Below the pieces are notes generated by a model. The model worked only from the letters and a program-made list of their open reading frames with translations, was not told the DNA's origin and searched no databases. Shown here one piece after another: positions 1-10,537 of a stretch of DNA of 64,000 nucleotides (positions within the stretch are counted from its first letter, which is position 1; the number at the start of each line of letters is the position of its first letter). This DNA comes from Nitrospirota bacterium (lineage in GTDB: Bacteria; Nitrospirota; UBA9217), in NCBI GenBank assembly GCA_963845065.1, contig CAWJQQ010000009.1, positions 608,001 through 672,000 on the forward strand, in the 5' to 3' direction. The position numbers and the translations under genes are program-made.

Positions 1-1310
1 GTATCATGAACACCAAACCTAAAAGGGAGGTGTTCATGAAAAAGAGCATCAAGCAAGAACGATTAAAAGCTGTGCAGCGGTTCTTCAATGGAGAAGAGCC
101 GGAAGAGATTTGTGATTCTCTTGGCCGTTCTCGAGCATGGCTGTACAAATGGGTGACACGGTATGCGCCCGATGATTCGTTATGGTTTGAAGAGCGGTCT
201 CGGCAACCGCTTGTCAGTCCTCACCGCACGCCCGCAGAAATCGAAATGATCGTCGAGATGGTCCGATGGAGCTTGTACAACAAAGATCTCTTCTGCGGCG
301 ACCAGGCCATACGATGGGAACTGGAAGAGATGGAGGTGCGACCGCTTCCCTCACTGAGCACAATCAGCCGAATTTTGCGCCGTCGTGAATTGACCCATCG
401 CCGTACCGGCCGGTATGAACCAAAGGGCAAGAAATATCCCGGACTGCCGGCGCTAGCGCCCAACCAGACACACCAGCTTGATCTGGTAGGTCCCTGTTAT
501 CTGAGCGGTCCAATTCGGTTCTATGGCTTGAATGCAATTGATACCGCCATCAACCTCTGCGGCATGGAGCCGATACCCTCAAAGTCAGCGCAGAGCATTC
601 TGGACGCCATTTACGCGGTCTGGCAGCGCATGGGCATCCCCGAGAATCTTCAGGTAGACAATGAAATCGCCTTCTTCGGAAGTCCCGTTTACCCACGAGG
701 AATGGGGCCGCTTATCCGCCTCTGCTTGCTCTCTGGGGTCAATCTCTGGTTCATCCCACCAGCCGAACCCTGGCGAAACGGGATAATCGAGAAGTTCAAT
801 GACCATTATCGTCAGAAGTTCCTCGACAAGGTCACGATGATATCGATGGTGCAGCTTCGGCAAGAATCTCTGGCATTCGAGCATCGGCATAACAACACCT
901 ATCGCTACAGCAAAATCAAAGGACAAACGCCGATTAAAGCACTAGATCGTATGAAAGTGAAAAGGATCTTTCCGAGTCAAAAGAATGTGCCCCATCACCC
1001 ACTGGAGAAACCGGAAACAGGATGCTATCATTTTGTTCGATTCATCCGAAGTGACTGCAAGCTGAACATCTTTGGCGAAATGTTCCTTGCTCCACCGAAT
1101 ACTCAGTACGAATACGTTGTGGCTACTGTCGATGTCAAAGATCAAAAGTTAAAACTCTACTTGGAAACAATCCAAGTTGAAGAATATAGTTATCAACTGC
1201 GATGACTGCAAAATCTCTTGTCACGGTATCGCTGGATAATATAGTTTCAAAGTTGCGAGTCCACGATGTCGTGACAGCTATTTTTGTCCACGATGTCCTG
1301 ACAGTTGTCA
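1..1310 (+). mobile_element. IS481-like insertion sequence, left end outside window
   Basis: Transposase followed by two 19-bp direct repeats GTCCACGATGTC(G/C)TGACAG (1259-1277, 1286-1304) and terminal TGTCA at 1306-1310. Confidence 0.65.
6..1205 (+). CDS. DDE integrase-core transposase, IS481-like (real start probably 36)
   Basis: N-terminal HTH (SLGRSRAWLYKW), rve-type core THQLD...LQVDNE...NGIIEKFN. Confidence 0.85.
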   Translation: MNTKPKREVFMKKSIKQERLKAVQRFFNGEEPEEICDSLGRSRAWLYKWVTRYAPDDSLWFEERSRQPLVSPHRTPAEIEMIVEMVRWSLYNKDLFCGDQAIRWELEEMEVRPLPSLSTISRILRRRELTHRRTGRYEPKGKKYPGLPALAPNQTHQLDLVGPCYLSGPIRFYGLNAIDTAINLCGMEPIPSKSAQSILDAIYAVWQRMGIPENLQVDNEIAFFGSPVYPRGMGPLIRLCLLSGVNLWFIPPAEPWRNGIIEKFNDHYRQKFLDKVTMISMVQLRQESLAFEHRHNNTYRYSKIKGQTPIKALDRMKVKRIFPSQKNVPHHPLEKPETGCYHFVRFIRSDCKLNIFGEMFLAPPNTQYEYVVATVDVKDQKLKLYLETIQVEEYSYQLR

Positions 1311-1356
1311 GTTAGGCAAAAATCCTGATAATGCAACGTTTTTTCACAATTTAGCC

Positions 1357-1385
1357 TTGACTTTAAAACGCTTATGCTCTATAGT
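1357..1385 (+). promoter_or_regulatory. sigma70-type promoter of ihfA
   Basis: TTGACT-17 bp-TATAGT, 22 bp upstream of the ATG with RBS GAGGAGG. Confidence 0.6.
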
Positions 1386-1407
1386 ATGCACCGTAGAGGA
1401 GGGAGAC

Positions 1408-1707
1408 ATGACAAAAGCAGACATCATCTCAGAAGTTTTTGACAAGGTCGGCCTGCCAAAGCAGGATGCTGAAGAATTGGTGGAGATGATTCTGGATTTG
1501 ATCAAACAGATCCTAAAAGAGGGCGAGACGGTAAAGCTTTCCGGCTTTGGGAACTTCGTGGTACGGAAGAAAAATTCGAGAAAAGGCCGCAATCCCAAGA
1601 CGGGCCAGGAGATCGAGATCACTCCTAGAAAAGTCGTCAGCTTCAGACCGAGCATGATTTTCAAAGAGCATGTCATCGAATCCTCAACAACAGCAACAGC
1701 CGAGTAA
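1408..1707 (+). CDS. ihfA: Integration host factor subunit alpha
   Basis: MTKADI...VKLSGFGNF...GRNPKTG...RKVVSFRPS; ihfA-merR-tRNA-Pro synteny. Confidence 0.93.
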   Translation: MTKADIISEVFDKVGLPKQDAEELVEMILDLIKQILKEGETVKLSGFGNFVVRKKNSRKGRNPKTGQEIEITPRKVVSFRPSMIFKEHVIESSTTATAE

Positions 1708-2005
1708 GCTCTTCTACCGGATCGGAGAGGTGAGCCGTCTGACTGGGCTGGAACCGTATGTGCTCCGCTACTGGGAAACGGAATTCCCACAGATCAAACC
1801 GGACAAGGGCCGTTCCCGTCAGCGCCTCTATAAAAAAAAAGATTTAGACACGATCCTCCATATAAAACAACTTCTTTATAAAGATGGATTTACAATCGCA
1901 GGAGCGAGAAGGAAACTGAACGGGAAGGATGACCGGGAAGCTGCACAAATTGTTATTGAGTCGGCCAAGAAGGAATTGAGAGAGATCCTGGAGATATTGA
2001 AATAG
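1670..2005 (+). CDS. MerR-family transcriptional regulator
   Basis: [32 protein letters not shown]; typical ihfA neighbour. Confidence 0.92.
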   Translation: MSSNPQQQQQPSKLFYRIGEVSRLTGLEPYVLRYWETEFPQIKPDKGRSRQRLYKKKDLDTILHIKQLLYKDGFTIAGARRKLNGKDDREAAQIVIESAKKELREILEILK

Positions 2006-2091
2006 CGGGTCATGCCGTAAGGATTGGGGACAGGATAGAGCTGCATTTTTGATTCGTGGAACTTGATCCTTGAGCTGAGAAGAAGAAATAA

Positions 2092-2168
2092 CGGGGCGTG
2101 GCGCAGCCTGGTAGCGTACTCGCTTGGGGTGCGAGTGGTCGGCCGTTCAAATCGGCTCGCCCCGACCA
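2092..2168 (+). tRNA. tRNA-Pro (GGG)
   Basis: Acceptor stem CGGGGCG/CGCCCCG, anticodon arm CTCGC-TTGGGGT-GCGAG, GTTCAAAT T-loop, encoded CCA. Confidence 0.97.
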
Positions 2169-2177
2169 TAATAAAAG

Positions 2178-2206
2178 GCCCGTGAATCGTCTGATTCACG
2201 GGTTTT
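2178..2206 (+). terminator. Rho-independent terminator after tRNA
   Basis: CCCGTGAATC-GTCT-GATTCACGGG followed by TTTT. Confidence 0.75.
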
Positions 2207-2486
2207 CCAATTAAAATAGATATTCAGTTACGATATAGATGTTGAGACTTTGTCGGGATTTGCTATTTAAAATACGGGAAATTGAACTTTCCGCAAAGAT
2301 TTAAAATAGATTTTTGAACAAGAACTTCCTGAAATTATTATAGATGCAATACTGAACAACATTCAAGGCTTCTCTTGGATTCATCTTCGCATACCCCAAA
2401 ATACCTATTAAGTATCGCTGAAATCACCGTGAATCAGGCATATTTTCTACTGGTCTGTACATTATCAATAAATTGTTGGTTGAGGA

Positions 2487-2511
2487 TGTCTCGCAATTCG
2501 ATCAAATCCAT
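2487..2511 (-). pseudogene. 5' stub of a second ABC ATPase (MDLIELRD)
   Basis: Nearly identical to 7630-7654 (start of the intact ATPase), in the same position relative to an adaptor gene; homology ends after ~8 codons. Confidence 0.7.
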
Positions 2512-2645
2512 GAGGTCATTCCCCGCGAACTTCAGCATCCACCACCGGAACCTCTCTGACAGCACGAACCTTCTTGGCCTTGGGACTGCTCACCCGTTTG
2601 AGGCGTGAACGAACTACGTCCTTCACTTGGGCCCTATGCGGATTC

Positions 2646-3935
2646 CTACGTGCGTTCGCCGACGACCACACGCATCCCTTCGATCAACTCATTGCCTTCG
2701 ACCTCTGTCACTGTGCCGTCCGTCAATCCGACTTTCACGTCAACATGCCTGACGAACTTACCCTGCTCTACCCAGATGATTCCGTGCGTATGCTGCACGC
2801 CATCGGTGCCTGGCCCGCCACCACTTTCGCGGTTCGAAGAACCCCCGTGAGTGTGAGGCGATCGCTGGGGTTCTGAAGCGATCTGGTCGGGCCGTGGCGA
2901 CCAACGAAGTGCTGCATTTGGAACCAGTAACACGCCTTGCCAGCGTCCGATCTTGAACTGCACGTTGGCTGTCAGGTATGGCAATAGCTTGCCATCGTTG
3001 TTGGAGGTGATTACCTCAACGGTGTAAGTGACGACATTCTGAGTCTGCGTCGCGTTGAGCCGAACTTTATCTACGCGCCCTTCGAATATCTCGCCGGGGT
3101 AAGCATCCACTGTAAACGTAACTGGCTGGCCGCTAGAAATGCTCCCTACGTCGGCTTCGTTGACCGACACCCAAACCTGAATGCGCTTGAGGTCTGTTGC
3201 AATGAGGAACAGACTCGGAGCGCTGAGGCTGGATACCATGGTCTGGCCGATATTAACTCGCCGGTCAACAATTATGCCTTTAACCGGAGACTTTATAGTA
3301 CAGTAATCGAGATTAGCCGATGCGCTGGTGAGGCCTGCCTTTGCCTGATCGATGGCTGCTATCGCTTGATCCACTGAAGCTTCCGCCGCCGCCAGATTGG
3401 CCTTGGCGACCTCGTAAGTGGCTTGGTACTGGTCATAGACGGTCTGCGCCAACGCGTCGGATGGACCGAGCTTCTGCGCTCGATCCCAGTCCGCTTTGGC
3501 TTTCAGCAGCATCGCTTTCATCTGGAGCACGTTGGCATCGGCGCTGATTTTATTGGCCTCGGCCTTCTGTAATTGGGCCTTGGCAGTTTCCAGAGCGGCA
3601 ACATAAAGCGAATCATCAATTTTCGCAAGTACTGTGCCCTTCTCTACAACCGAACCATAGTCAATTTTTTTCCCAAACTTATCCTTGCCAAAGGCCACAA
3701 TGATCCCAGCAACCTGAGCACCCACGTCGACTACTTGCTCCGGCTCCACCGTGCCTGTCGCGCTGATCGTGGGCACTAAATCGCCCCGTTTCACCGGCGC
3801 GGTTTGGAATGTCGGCTCCCTGTTCCCTTTGGACCGGAACAACCAGCCGCCGGCGACCATCAAGGCGAGCAACACGGTTGCCAGGATTATGATCCCAACT
3901 CGTCGCGACATGATTTTCTGCATGATCTTCAGCAT
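2646..3935 (-). CDS. MacA-like efflux periplasmic adaptor, paralogue of 7679-9109 with shortened C-terminal tail
   Basis: ISATGTVEP, VGAQVAG, TIKSPVKG, VNEADVG, FTVDAYP motifs. Confidence 0.9.
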   Translation of the reverse strand: MLKIMQKIMSRRVGIIILATVLLALMVAGGWLFRSKGNREPTFQTAPVKRGDLVPTISATGTVEPEQVVDVGAQVAGIIVAFGKDKFGKKIDYGSVVEKGTVLAKIDDSLYVAALETAKAQLQKAEANKISADANVLQMKAMLLKAKADWDRAQKLGPSDALAQTVYDQYQATYEVAKANLAAAEASVDQAIAAIDQAKAGLTSASANLDYCTIKSPVKGIIVDRRVNIGQTMVSSLSAPSLFLIATDLKRIQVWVSVNEADVGSISSGQPVTFTVDAYPGEIFEGRVDKVRLNATQTQNVVTYTVEVITSNNDGKLLPYLTANVQFKIGRWQGVLLVPNAALRWSPRPDQIASEPQRSPHTHGGSSNRESGGGPGTDGVQHTHGIIWVEQGKFVRHVDVKVGLTDGTVTEVEGNELIEGMRVVVGERT

Positions 3936-4069
3936 GATTCTCTCTCAGTTTATAACTTTGCGCCTTCCGTCAATCTCATAACGGAAAGAATATGTCAGAC
4001 CTAGACCCTCAAATGACGGAGCACAACGCGGAATGCTCAGCAGTATTCTGTAGCGGGATTTGAACAGCA

Positions 4070-5563
4070 TTACTGGCTATTTCGTTGTGACTCAGCAGCA
4101 ACATTCCCCAGAGTGGATATCATAGACAGGGATTCCCAACCGCCACCCAAGGCTTTATAGAGTGAGATGAGATCACTAACGATGCTCGTCTCGCTCTGCA
4201 CCAACGCGTCCTCGGAGGAGTAAAGAGTCCGTTGCGCAATTTCCACGTTGAGAAAATCAGTTAGGCCCGCGATGTAAAGCTGTGATGACAAGTCCACAGC
4301 CTTGCGGTTGGCTACAACGGCGTCGTTCAGTAATTTACGGTGCTGTTGTTCCTTGGCAAAGGCAATCAGCGAATTCTCAACATCCTGAAACGCTGACAAG
4401 ACTGTTTGCTGGTATGTAATGAATGACTCATCACGCAACGCCTCCTGTAAACGTACGTTAGACACAATCGCGCCGCCTTGAAAAAGTGGCCAAGTCGCCG
4501 ATGCACCCGCGGCGAATGAGCGGCTGGCATTGGTCCACAACGTGCGCAGAAGGCTGCTACTCCAGTTCAGCGTACCGGTGAGTGAGAACGTCGGAAAGTA
4601 TTCAGCAGTAGCGACGCCGATTTGGGCGGTAGCTGCATGCAATTGTGCCTCAGCCGCGCGAATGTCCGGCCGACGTCGTAGCAAGTCCGAAGGCAAACCC
4701 GCGGGCACTTGCATAGGCACTTTGGGCAGGTTGGCCGTCGGAGATAATTGCTCCAACAAATCTCCCGGTGGCCGGGCCAACAGCACACTCAATGCGTAAA
4801 TAGCTTGCCTCGCTTCTGTTTCAAAGACCGGGATTTGAGACTCGGTTGTCGCGACATCAGAGTCAGCGTTAGCAACGTCGAGCGCGCTGTTGAAACCCAC
4901 TTTAAAGTTTCTATGAACAATATCGGCGGTGTGCTCCTGAGATTTCAGATTGTTTTGCGCAATCACGATCTCCTGCTGGTAACCGCGGAGTTGGATGTAG
5001 TTGAGCGCCACTTCTGCAATGAGGCTGACCTGTGCGTCGCGGATGTTTTCGATCGCAGCTTGGATGTTGGCGTCAGCCGATTCGACGTTGCGGCGTTGAC
5101 CGCCGAAAAGATCAATTTCCCATACGGCGTCGAAACCAGCTTGATAAAGATTAAGTGCTTGATTGCCCGGTATGACTCCTGCCGTGTGATATTTCTGGTA
5201 ATCGCCAGAGGCGGTAACTGAAGGCCACAGACCTCCAGCGACCACGCCCCGCGTGGCACGGGCTTCTCGCAAGCGCGTCTCGGCGATTCGCAGGTCTAGG
5301 TTTGCTTTTAGTGCGTCATCGACCAGCGTATTCAATATCGGATCGTCGAACTGCCTCCACCACTGGGTAAGTTCCAGTTGCGCCGTGGTAGCAATGGATG
5401 GTTCAGTCGGCGTCTTTTCCACGCCGACCCACGCATTGGGGACTGTGGTCGGCTGCGGCGGATGGAAATTTGGGCCAACCATACACCCGCCAAGTGCCGA
5501 TGCGCATAAAGCAATTACCACCAGCGCGACCGAAAAAGAGCGCCATTGTTCATTCACATACAT
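4070..5563 (-). CDS. NodT/TolC-family outer membrane efflux lipoprotein
   Basis: Lipobox LGGC, WWRQFDD, WEIDLFG, PSDLLRRRPDIRAAE, LYKALGGGW. Confidence 0.93.
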   Translation of the reverse strand: MYVNEQWRSFSVALVVIALCASALGGCMVGPNFHPPQPTTVPNAWVGVEKTPTEPSIATTAQLELTQWWRQFDDPILNTLVDDALKANLDLRIAETRLREARATRGVVAGGLWPSVTASGDYQKYHTAGVIPGNQALNLYQAGFDAVWEIDLFGGQRRNVESADANIQAAIENIRDAQVSLIAEVALNYIQLRGYQQEIVIAQNNLKSQEHTADIVHRNFKVGFNSALDVANADSDVATTESQIPVFETEARQAIYALSVLLARPPGDLLEQLSPTANLPKVPMQVPAGLPSDLLRRRPDIRAAEAQLHAATAQIGVATAEYFPTFSLTGTLNWSSSLLRTLWTNASRSFAAGASATWPLFQGGAIVSNVRLQEALRDESFITYQQTVLSAFQDVENSLIAFAKEQQHRKLLNDAVVANRKAVDLSSQLYIAGLTDFLNVEIAQRTLYSSEDALVQSETSIVSDLISLYKALGGGWESLSMISTLGNVAAESQRNSQ

Positions 5564-5573
5564 TATCCCTACC

Positions 5574-6947
5574 TCACTCGTACCGAAGCGCCTCGATGGG
5601 ATTTAGACGCGATGCCTTCCATGCCGGATAGAAACCGAATATAACCCCTACGGTGGCCGACACAACTACAGCAGCCACGATCGCACCCATCGAAGCTGCC
5701 GTTGGCCAGTGCAATACCGCCGATACAATATACGAACAGCTGCGGCCCGTCAAGATGCCGATAGCCCCTCCGAGCAGGCACAGTATGACGGCCTCGGTCA
5801 AAAACTGGCGCAGGATATCGCCTGGGTCGGCACCCACCGCCATACGTAGGCCAATCTCGCGCGTCCGTTCGGTGACAGAAACCAGCATGATGTTCATGAT
5901 GCCGATGCCGCCGACCACCAGCGAGATCATCGCCACATACAATAGCAATTTGGTTATCAGCTCTGTCGTAGAACTCATCGCCTTTGTAATCTCAGTCATA
6001 TCCCGAATTGTGAAATCATTAGGGGCGGTGTCGCTAAGGTGATGCCGTTCGCGAAGCAACATGGTCATCTGCTGAATGGCAGCGGGAATATCGCTGCTTG
6101 ACCGCGCGGCGGTCAGGATCTGGTCTACAGTGGTGAACCGGATCGGTAGGGGCGCATCAGCTGTCTCACTGGATGATGGAACCGGGTAGAGATTTTGCTG
6201 GATTTCCGGATAGAGTTGGTTGATGCTATTGACTTCGGCAGTGCTAGAAGTGTTCGTGGCGCTCTGGTTGCCGCTGGTAAGCGAGGAAGCGACCACGCGA
6301 TATTTTATCGTTGTCCATGGCGCCAATAGGATATCGTCCTGGTCCAAACCCATCAGGTTCGCGCCTTTTTTCTTTAACACCCCGAGAACCTTAAAGTCCA
6401 CGTTCCGGATGCGGACCACTTTACCGACGGGAGACTGTCCGTCAAATAATTGGTCTACAATGGTCTGGCCGACGATACACACTTTGCTGGCGTTGCGGAC
6501 GTCATGATCGGTGAAAGCTTCACCCTCGTTGAGATCGGTCCAATCACGTACCCGTAGAAAGGCAGGGGTGGTACCGTAGACATATGTTGGCACCCAGTTG
6601 CGGTTGCCGTACACCACTTGCGTGCGCGCACGCACGATCGGCGCTACACTTTCGATGGCAGGGGACTCTTTGACGATTGCATCCGCATCCTGAGGACTCA
6701 ACGTCATCATACTGCCTGCGCCATAGTTAATGCCGGCATTGGAAAGGGCACCGGGTAGAATGACGAGAGTGTTGGCGCCGATGCTGATCATGGTTTTTTG
6801 GATGGCGATTGACGAACCGTGTCCAATGTCCATCATCGTGATTACCGATGCGACGCCGATAATAATGCCCAGAGTAGTGAGCACAGTGCGCATAACATTG
6901 CGACGGAGTGCGCCTAATGCCGTTTTAAGGGTGATGTACGATCTCAT
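5574..6947 (-). CDS. MacB-family ABC transporter permease
   Basis: LTTLGIIIGV, VGGIGIMNIMLVSVTERTREIGLRMAVGA, PAWKASRLNPIEALRYE. Confidence 0.93.
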   Translation of the reverse strand: MRSYITLKTALGALRRNVMRTVLTTLGIIIGVASVITMMDIGHGSSIAIQKTMISIGANTLVILPGALSNAGINYGAGSMMTLSPQDADAIVKESPAIESVAPIVRARTQVVYGNRNWVPTYVYGTTPAFLRVRDWTDLNEGEAFTDHDVRNASKVCIVGQTIVDQLFDGQSPVGKVVRIRNVDFKVLGVLKKKGANLMGLDQDDILLAPWTTIKYRVVASSLTSGNQSATNTSSTAEVNSINQLYPEIQQNLYPVPSSSETADAPLPIRFTTVDQILTAARSSSDIPAAIQQMTMLLRERHHLSDTAPNDFTIRDMTEITKAMSSTTELITKLLLYVAMISLVVGGIGIMNIMLVSVTERTREIGLRMAVGADPGDILRQFLTEAVILCLLGGAIGILTGRSCSYIVSAVLHWPTAASMGAIVAAVVVSATVGVIFGFYPAWKASRLNPIEALRYE

Positions 6948-7654
6948 GTGGCGCCTCCGGGTTTAAGTTGAGAGGCCTCTTTTTCGATGAGACCATCCTT
7001 GATATATATGATACGCTTGGCGTGTTGCGCTACGCCGGGATCGTGGGTGACTAGGATGATGGTGAGATTCTCGGAGCGGTTGAGCTGTTGAAGCATCTGG
7101 AGGAGTTCCGCGCTGGTGCGCGAGTCAAGGTTTCCAGTCGGCTCATCCGCGAGGAGCACCTGCGGGTTGTTAACCAGCGACCGGGCGATTGCGACGCGCT
7201 GCTGTTGGCCGCCGGAAAGTTGAGAGGGCTGATGGTCGGCGCGATCAGCCAAACCAAATTTTTCGAGCAACTCGGCCGCTCGCTGGTTCATTTGATGCTC
7301 GCTGAGGTTCTCTCGGTTATAGGTTAGCGGCATTCGGACGTTCTCCAACGCCGTTGTGCGAGGCAACAGGTTGAAGGATTGAAACACAAATCCGATCATC
7401 CGATTTCTCAACCTGGCCTGCTCCTTGGCTGTAAGCCGGGAAATTTCGCGGCCGTCCAGCCAGTACTCGCCCGAAGTCGGGCCATCCAGGCAACCGAGGA
7501 TATTCATCAACGTGCTTTTTCCGGAGCCGCTAACTCCCATCAATGACACGAATTCCCCGCGCGCGATGTTCAAAGAAACACCCAGGAGCACGGGGAGTTC
7601 CACCTCGCCGAGAAAGTAGGTCTTGTGGACATCTCGCAATTCGATCAAATCCAT
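6944..7654 (-). CDS. ABC transporter ATP-binding protein (MacB/LolD type)
   Basis: Walker [29 protein letters not shown]. Confidence 0.93.
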   Translation of the reverse strand: MDLIELRDVHKTYFLGEVELPVLLGVSLNIARGEFVSLMGVSGSGKSTLMNILGCLDGPTSGEYWLDGREISRLTAKEQARLRNRMIGFVFQSFNLLPRTTALENVRMPLTYNRENLSEHQMNQRAAELLEKFGLADRADHQPSQLSGGQQQRVAIARSLVNNPQVLLADEPTGNLDSRTSAELLQMLQQLNRSENLTIILVTHDPGVAQHAKRIIYIKDGLIEKEASQLKPGGAT

Positions 7655-7678
7655 GAGAGGGTCACTCCTCCACAAACG

Positions 7679-9109
7679 TTAGCGTCCCACACCAGGACCT
7701 CTTTGACCGCCCGGCCCTGGTTGGCCCTGGGGCTGCCCGCCCCCTTGGTGTCTGAACGGATTTTGAGGCGTGAATGGACTTCGTTCTTCGCTTGGGCCCT
7801 TTATGGCTTCCCGCGTGTGTTCGCCAACGACGACGCGCATTCCTTCGATCAAGTCGTTGCCTTCGACTTCTGTCACCGTGCCGTCCGTCAATCCAACGTT
7901 CACGTCGACAGGACGGACGAACTTGCCTTGCTCGACCCAGACGATTCCTTTGATTCCATTCGTGTTCACCGCGCCAACGGTGCCAGGCCCGCCGCTTTCG
8001 CTGTTCGAGGAACCCCCATGAAAGGAGTGAGAGGCTTGCTGGGGCATTGGTGCGATCTGATTGGGCCGTGGTGACCAACGTATTGCCGCATTTGGGACCA
8101 GCAACACGCCCTGCAAGTGTCCGGTTTTGAATTGCACGTTGGCTGACAGGTAGGGCAATAGCTTGCCGCTGTCGTTGGGTGTGTTCACCTCAACGGTGTA
8201 AGTGACGACATTCTGTACCATCGTTGCGTTGAGCCGCACTTTATTTACGCGCCCTTCGAATATCTGGTCGGGATAAGCATCCACAGTAAACGTGACTATC
8301 TGGTCTTTAGAAATGCTGCCTATGTCGGCTTCGTTGACCGACACCCAAACCTGAATGCGCTTGAGGTCCGTCGCAATGAGGAACAAAGTCGGTGCGCTTA
8401 GACTGGAAACCACAGTCTGGCCGAGTGTGACTTGCCGGTCAACAATCACACCTTTAACCGGAGACTTGATGGTACAGTAATCAAGATTGGTAGTGGCGCT
8501 GGTGAGACTGGCCTTCGCCTGCGCGATGGCTGCTTTCGCTTGCTCCACTGCAGCCAAAGACACCGCTACGTTGGCCTTGGCGACCTCGTAGGTGGCTTGG
8601 TACTGGTCATAAACGGTCTGCGCCAACGCATCGGACGGTCCAAGCTTCTGCGCTCGATTCCAGTCATTTTGGGCGTCCACCAGCTTCGCTTTCATCTGGA
8701 GCACGTTGGCCTCAGCACTGATCTCGTTGGCCTCGTTCTGCCGTAATTGGGCCTTAGCAGTTTCCAGGGCGGCAGCGTAGAGTGAATCATCAATTTTCGC
8801 AAGTACTGTGCCCTTCTCTACAACCGAACCATAGTCAATGGTCTTCCCAAACTTGTCTTTGCCGAAAGCCATAATGATCCCAGCAACCTGAGCGCCCACG
8901 TCGACTACTTGCTCCGGCTCCACCGTGCCTGTAGCGCTGATCGTGGGCACTAAGTCGCCCCGTTTCACTGGCGCGGTTTGGAATATCGGCACCCTGTCTC
9001 CTTTGGACCGGAACAACCAGCCGCCGGCTGCCATCACGGCGAGTAGCACAGATACCAGGATAATGATCCCTACTTTTCGCGGTATGATTTTCTGTATAGT
9101 ATCAAACAT
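7679..9109 (-). CDS. MacA-like efflux periplasmic adaptor
   Basis: Same adaptor motifs; first gene of the efflux operon. Confidence 0.92.
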   Translation of the reverse strand: MFDTIQKIIPRKVGIIILVSVLLAVMAAGGWLFRSKGDRVPIFQTAPVKRGDLVPTISATGTVEPEQVVDVGAQVAGIIMAFGKDKFGKTIDYGSVVEKGTVLAKIDDSLYAAALETAKAQLRQNEANEISAEANVLQMKAKLVDAQNDWNRAQKLGPSDALAQTVYDQYQATYEVAKANVAVSLAAVEQAKAAIAQAKASLTSATTNLDYCTIKSPVKGVIVDRQVTLGQTVVSSLSAPTLFLIATDLKRIQVWVSVNEADIGSISKDQIVTFTVDAYPDQIFEGRVNKVRLNATMVQNVVTYTVEVNTPNDSGKLLPYLSANVQFKTGHLQGVLLVPNAAIRWSPRPNQIAPMPQQASHSFHGGSSNSESGGPGTVGAVNTNGIKGIVWVEQGKFVRPVDVNVGLTDGTVTEVEGNDLIEGMRVVVGEHTREAIKGPSEERSPFTPQNPFRHQGGGQPQGQPGPGGQRGPGVGR

Positions 9110-10003
9110 GATTCTCTCTCCGGTTTATAACTTTGCTGCCTTCAGTCAAACTGCTCGTTTCCATGAGTTTAATATACTTAATTATTAAGAAAGATGCTAT
9201 TCTATGGTGCAACAAGGCGAAAAAGTTGGTAATAGGCAATTTTGATTCGGATCAGGCCTTGGAACGGCCATTAGGGCCGCTTCAGTTAACGCAGGCGCCG
9301 GTATAGCGATTAGTGTCGCAAGAGTGTTTCTCTTCCATAGGGCCTCAGGTGCCAACTCGTGTTAGGGTTGGGGACGGGAGAGACGAAACGTCGGTATGAT
9401 ATTGCATATCAGCAGTATGTGAATGTTAACGGGACCATTATTCCAGTAGTGATACGATATTATCGTGTTCAGAGGACTTCATCATCTCCCCTCGGGCATA
9501 TATTCCAATTCCTCACTTATTCCTTACCTCCAAGAGAATACTATGACCACTATTTATTACAGATGTTAGACAGTTGTGCTGATAAAAGGTTTAATTACAC
9601 TTATTTAAGATCGAGTATATTATGTTACTCGGGAGAAAGAAGAACTAACTTTGAGCTAATGTATTAAGGCATAAAATATTGTAAATTGGTGATCCGATGA
9701 TGTCGAATGGGTATTTAATGGTAAATGCCGCGGAATCCCGATTGAAAGTATATAAGTTGCAGTTATTTACAACTTCAATGGAAGCAGGACATATTCGCTA
9801 CCTTACATACAACTTTCTTGATGTGGTGATTTGTTAAGGTTCCATTATAGCTAGTACGATCATTATCAAATATGGATTGTAAACCGCATATTAAAATGAG
9901 CTGGCCGGTCTGCGCGATTTTCTACGCAGGCCGGTTGAGAGACAGGTTGGTGGAGAGACAACCATGCACTTTGGCGCGGATCCTGAGTCCTCTCCGAGGA
10001 GGT

Positions 10004-10537
10004 TTACTTGATGAGTGCAGCGCCTGCTTTACAGGCCACCTCGTCCTGAGAACCTTGCCCTCCAGAACACCCAATTGCACCGATTATCCTGCCCCCCTCT
10101 ACGAGCGGTATACCGCCGCGTGAAGCGATGACCCCATCAAGGGTTAGTATGTAGTTAAAATTATTGAGCTGAATCGCTTTCTCGAATACTTTTGTTTCGC
10201 GACGGAAATTTACCGCAGTGCGTGCCTTGTGCTGTGAAATCTCGATCGAGGCAAGTTGCGCCCCATCCATGCGTTGGAAGGCGACGAGATTACCGCCGGA
10301 GTCCACTACGGTAACGTTCAACTTCCAATCATGCCTCCTCGCCTCGGCCACGGCAGCGGCGATGACCGCCTCAGCACGTTCGAGCACAATTGGCGTTCCG
10401 TAAGGGATGTCGGCGGGCATCTTTTCCGGTATGATATCGAGAGCATATGGTGGCTCAGACTGTTGCGCTCGAACCGGGCTTACTCCAAGCAACGTGGCGC
10501 AGAGCATGGCAATGATCAAGATGAATTTTTTAGACAT
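10004..10537 (-). CDS. GlcG/HbpS-family heme-binding protein with signal peptide
   Basis: VVDSGGNLVAFQRMDGA, KARTA, GGIPL...IGAIGCSG...QDEVAC. Confidence 0.88.
   Translation of the reverse strand: MSKKFILIIAMLCATLLGVSPVRAQQSEPPYALDIIPEKMPADIPYGTPIVLERAEAVIAAAVAEARRHDWKLNVTVVDSGGNLVAFQRMDGAQLASIEISQHKARTAVNFRRETKVFEKAIQLNNFNYILTLDGVIASRGGIPLVEGGRIIGAIGCSGGQGSQDEVACKAGAALIK

Noticed and set aside
1259..1304. 19-bp direct repeats as a mini-CRISPR
   Set aside because: Only two units 8 bp apart, at an IS end; better explained as transposase-binding sites
1670..2005. MerR regulator as partner of the MerB-like gene
   Set aside because: It is the conserved ihfA-linked MerR type, has no metal-binding cysteines and lies 54 kb away
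2532..2648. Amber (TAG) reassignment or pyrrolysine read-through suggested by in-frame TAGs here and at 19370
   Set aside because: merR, the MacB permease and the LivK- and LivH-like genes end normally at TAG; the tnpB copy also has TGA/TAA stops and frameshifts; no pyl genes seen
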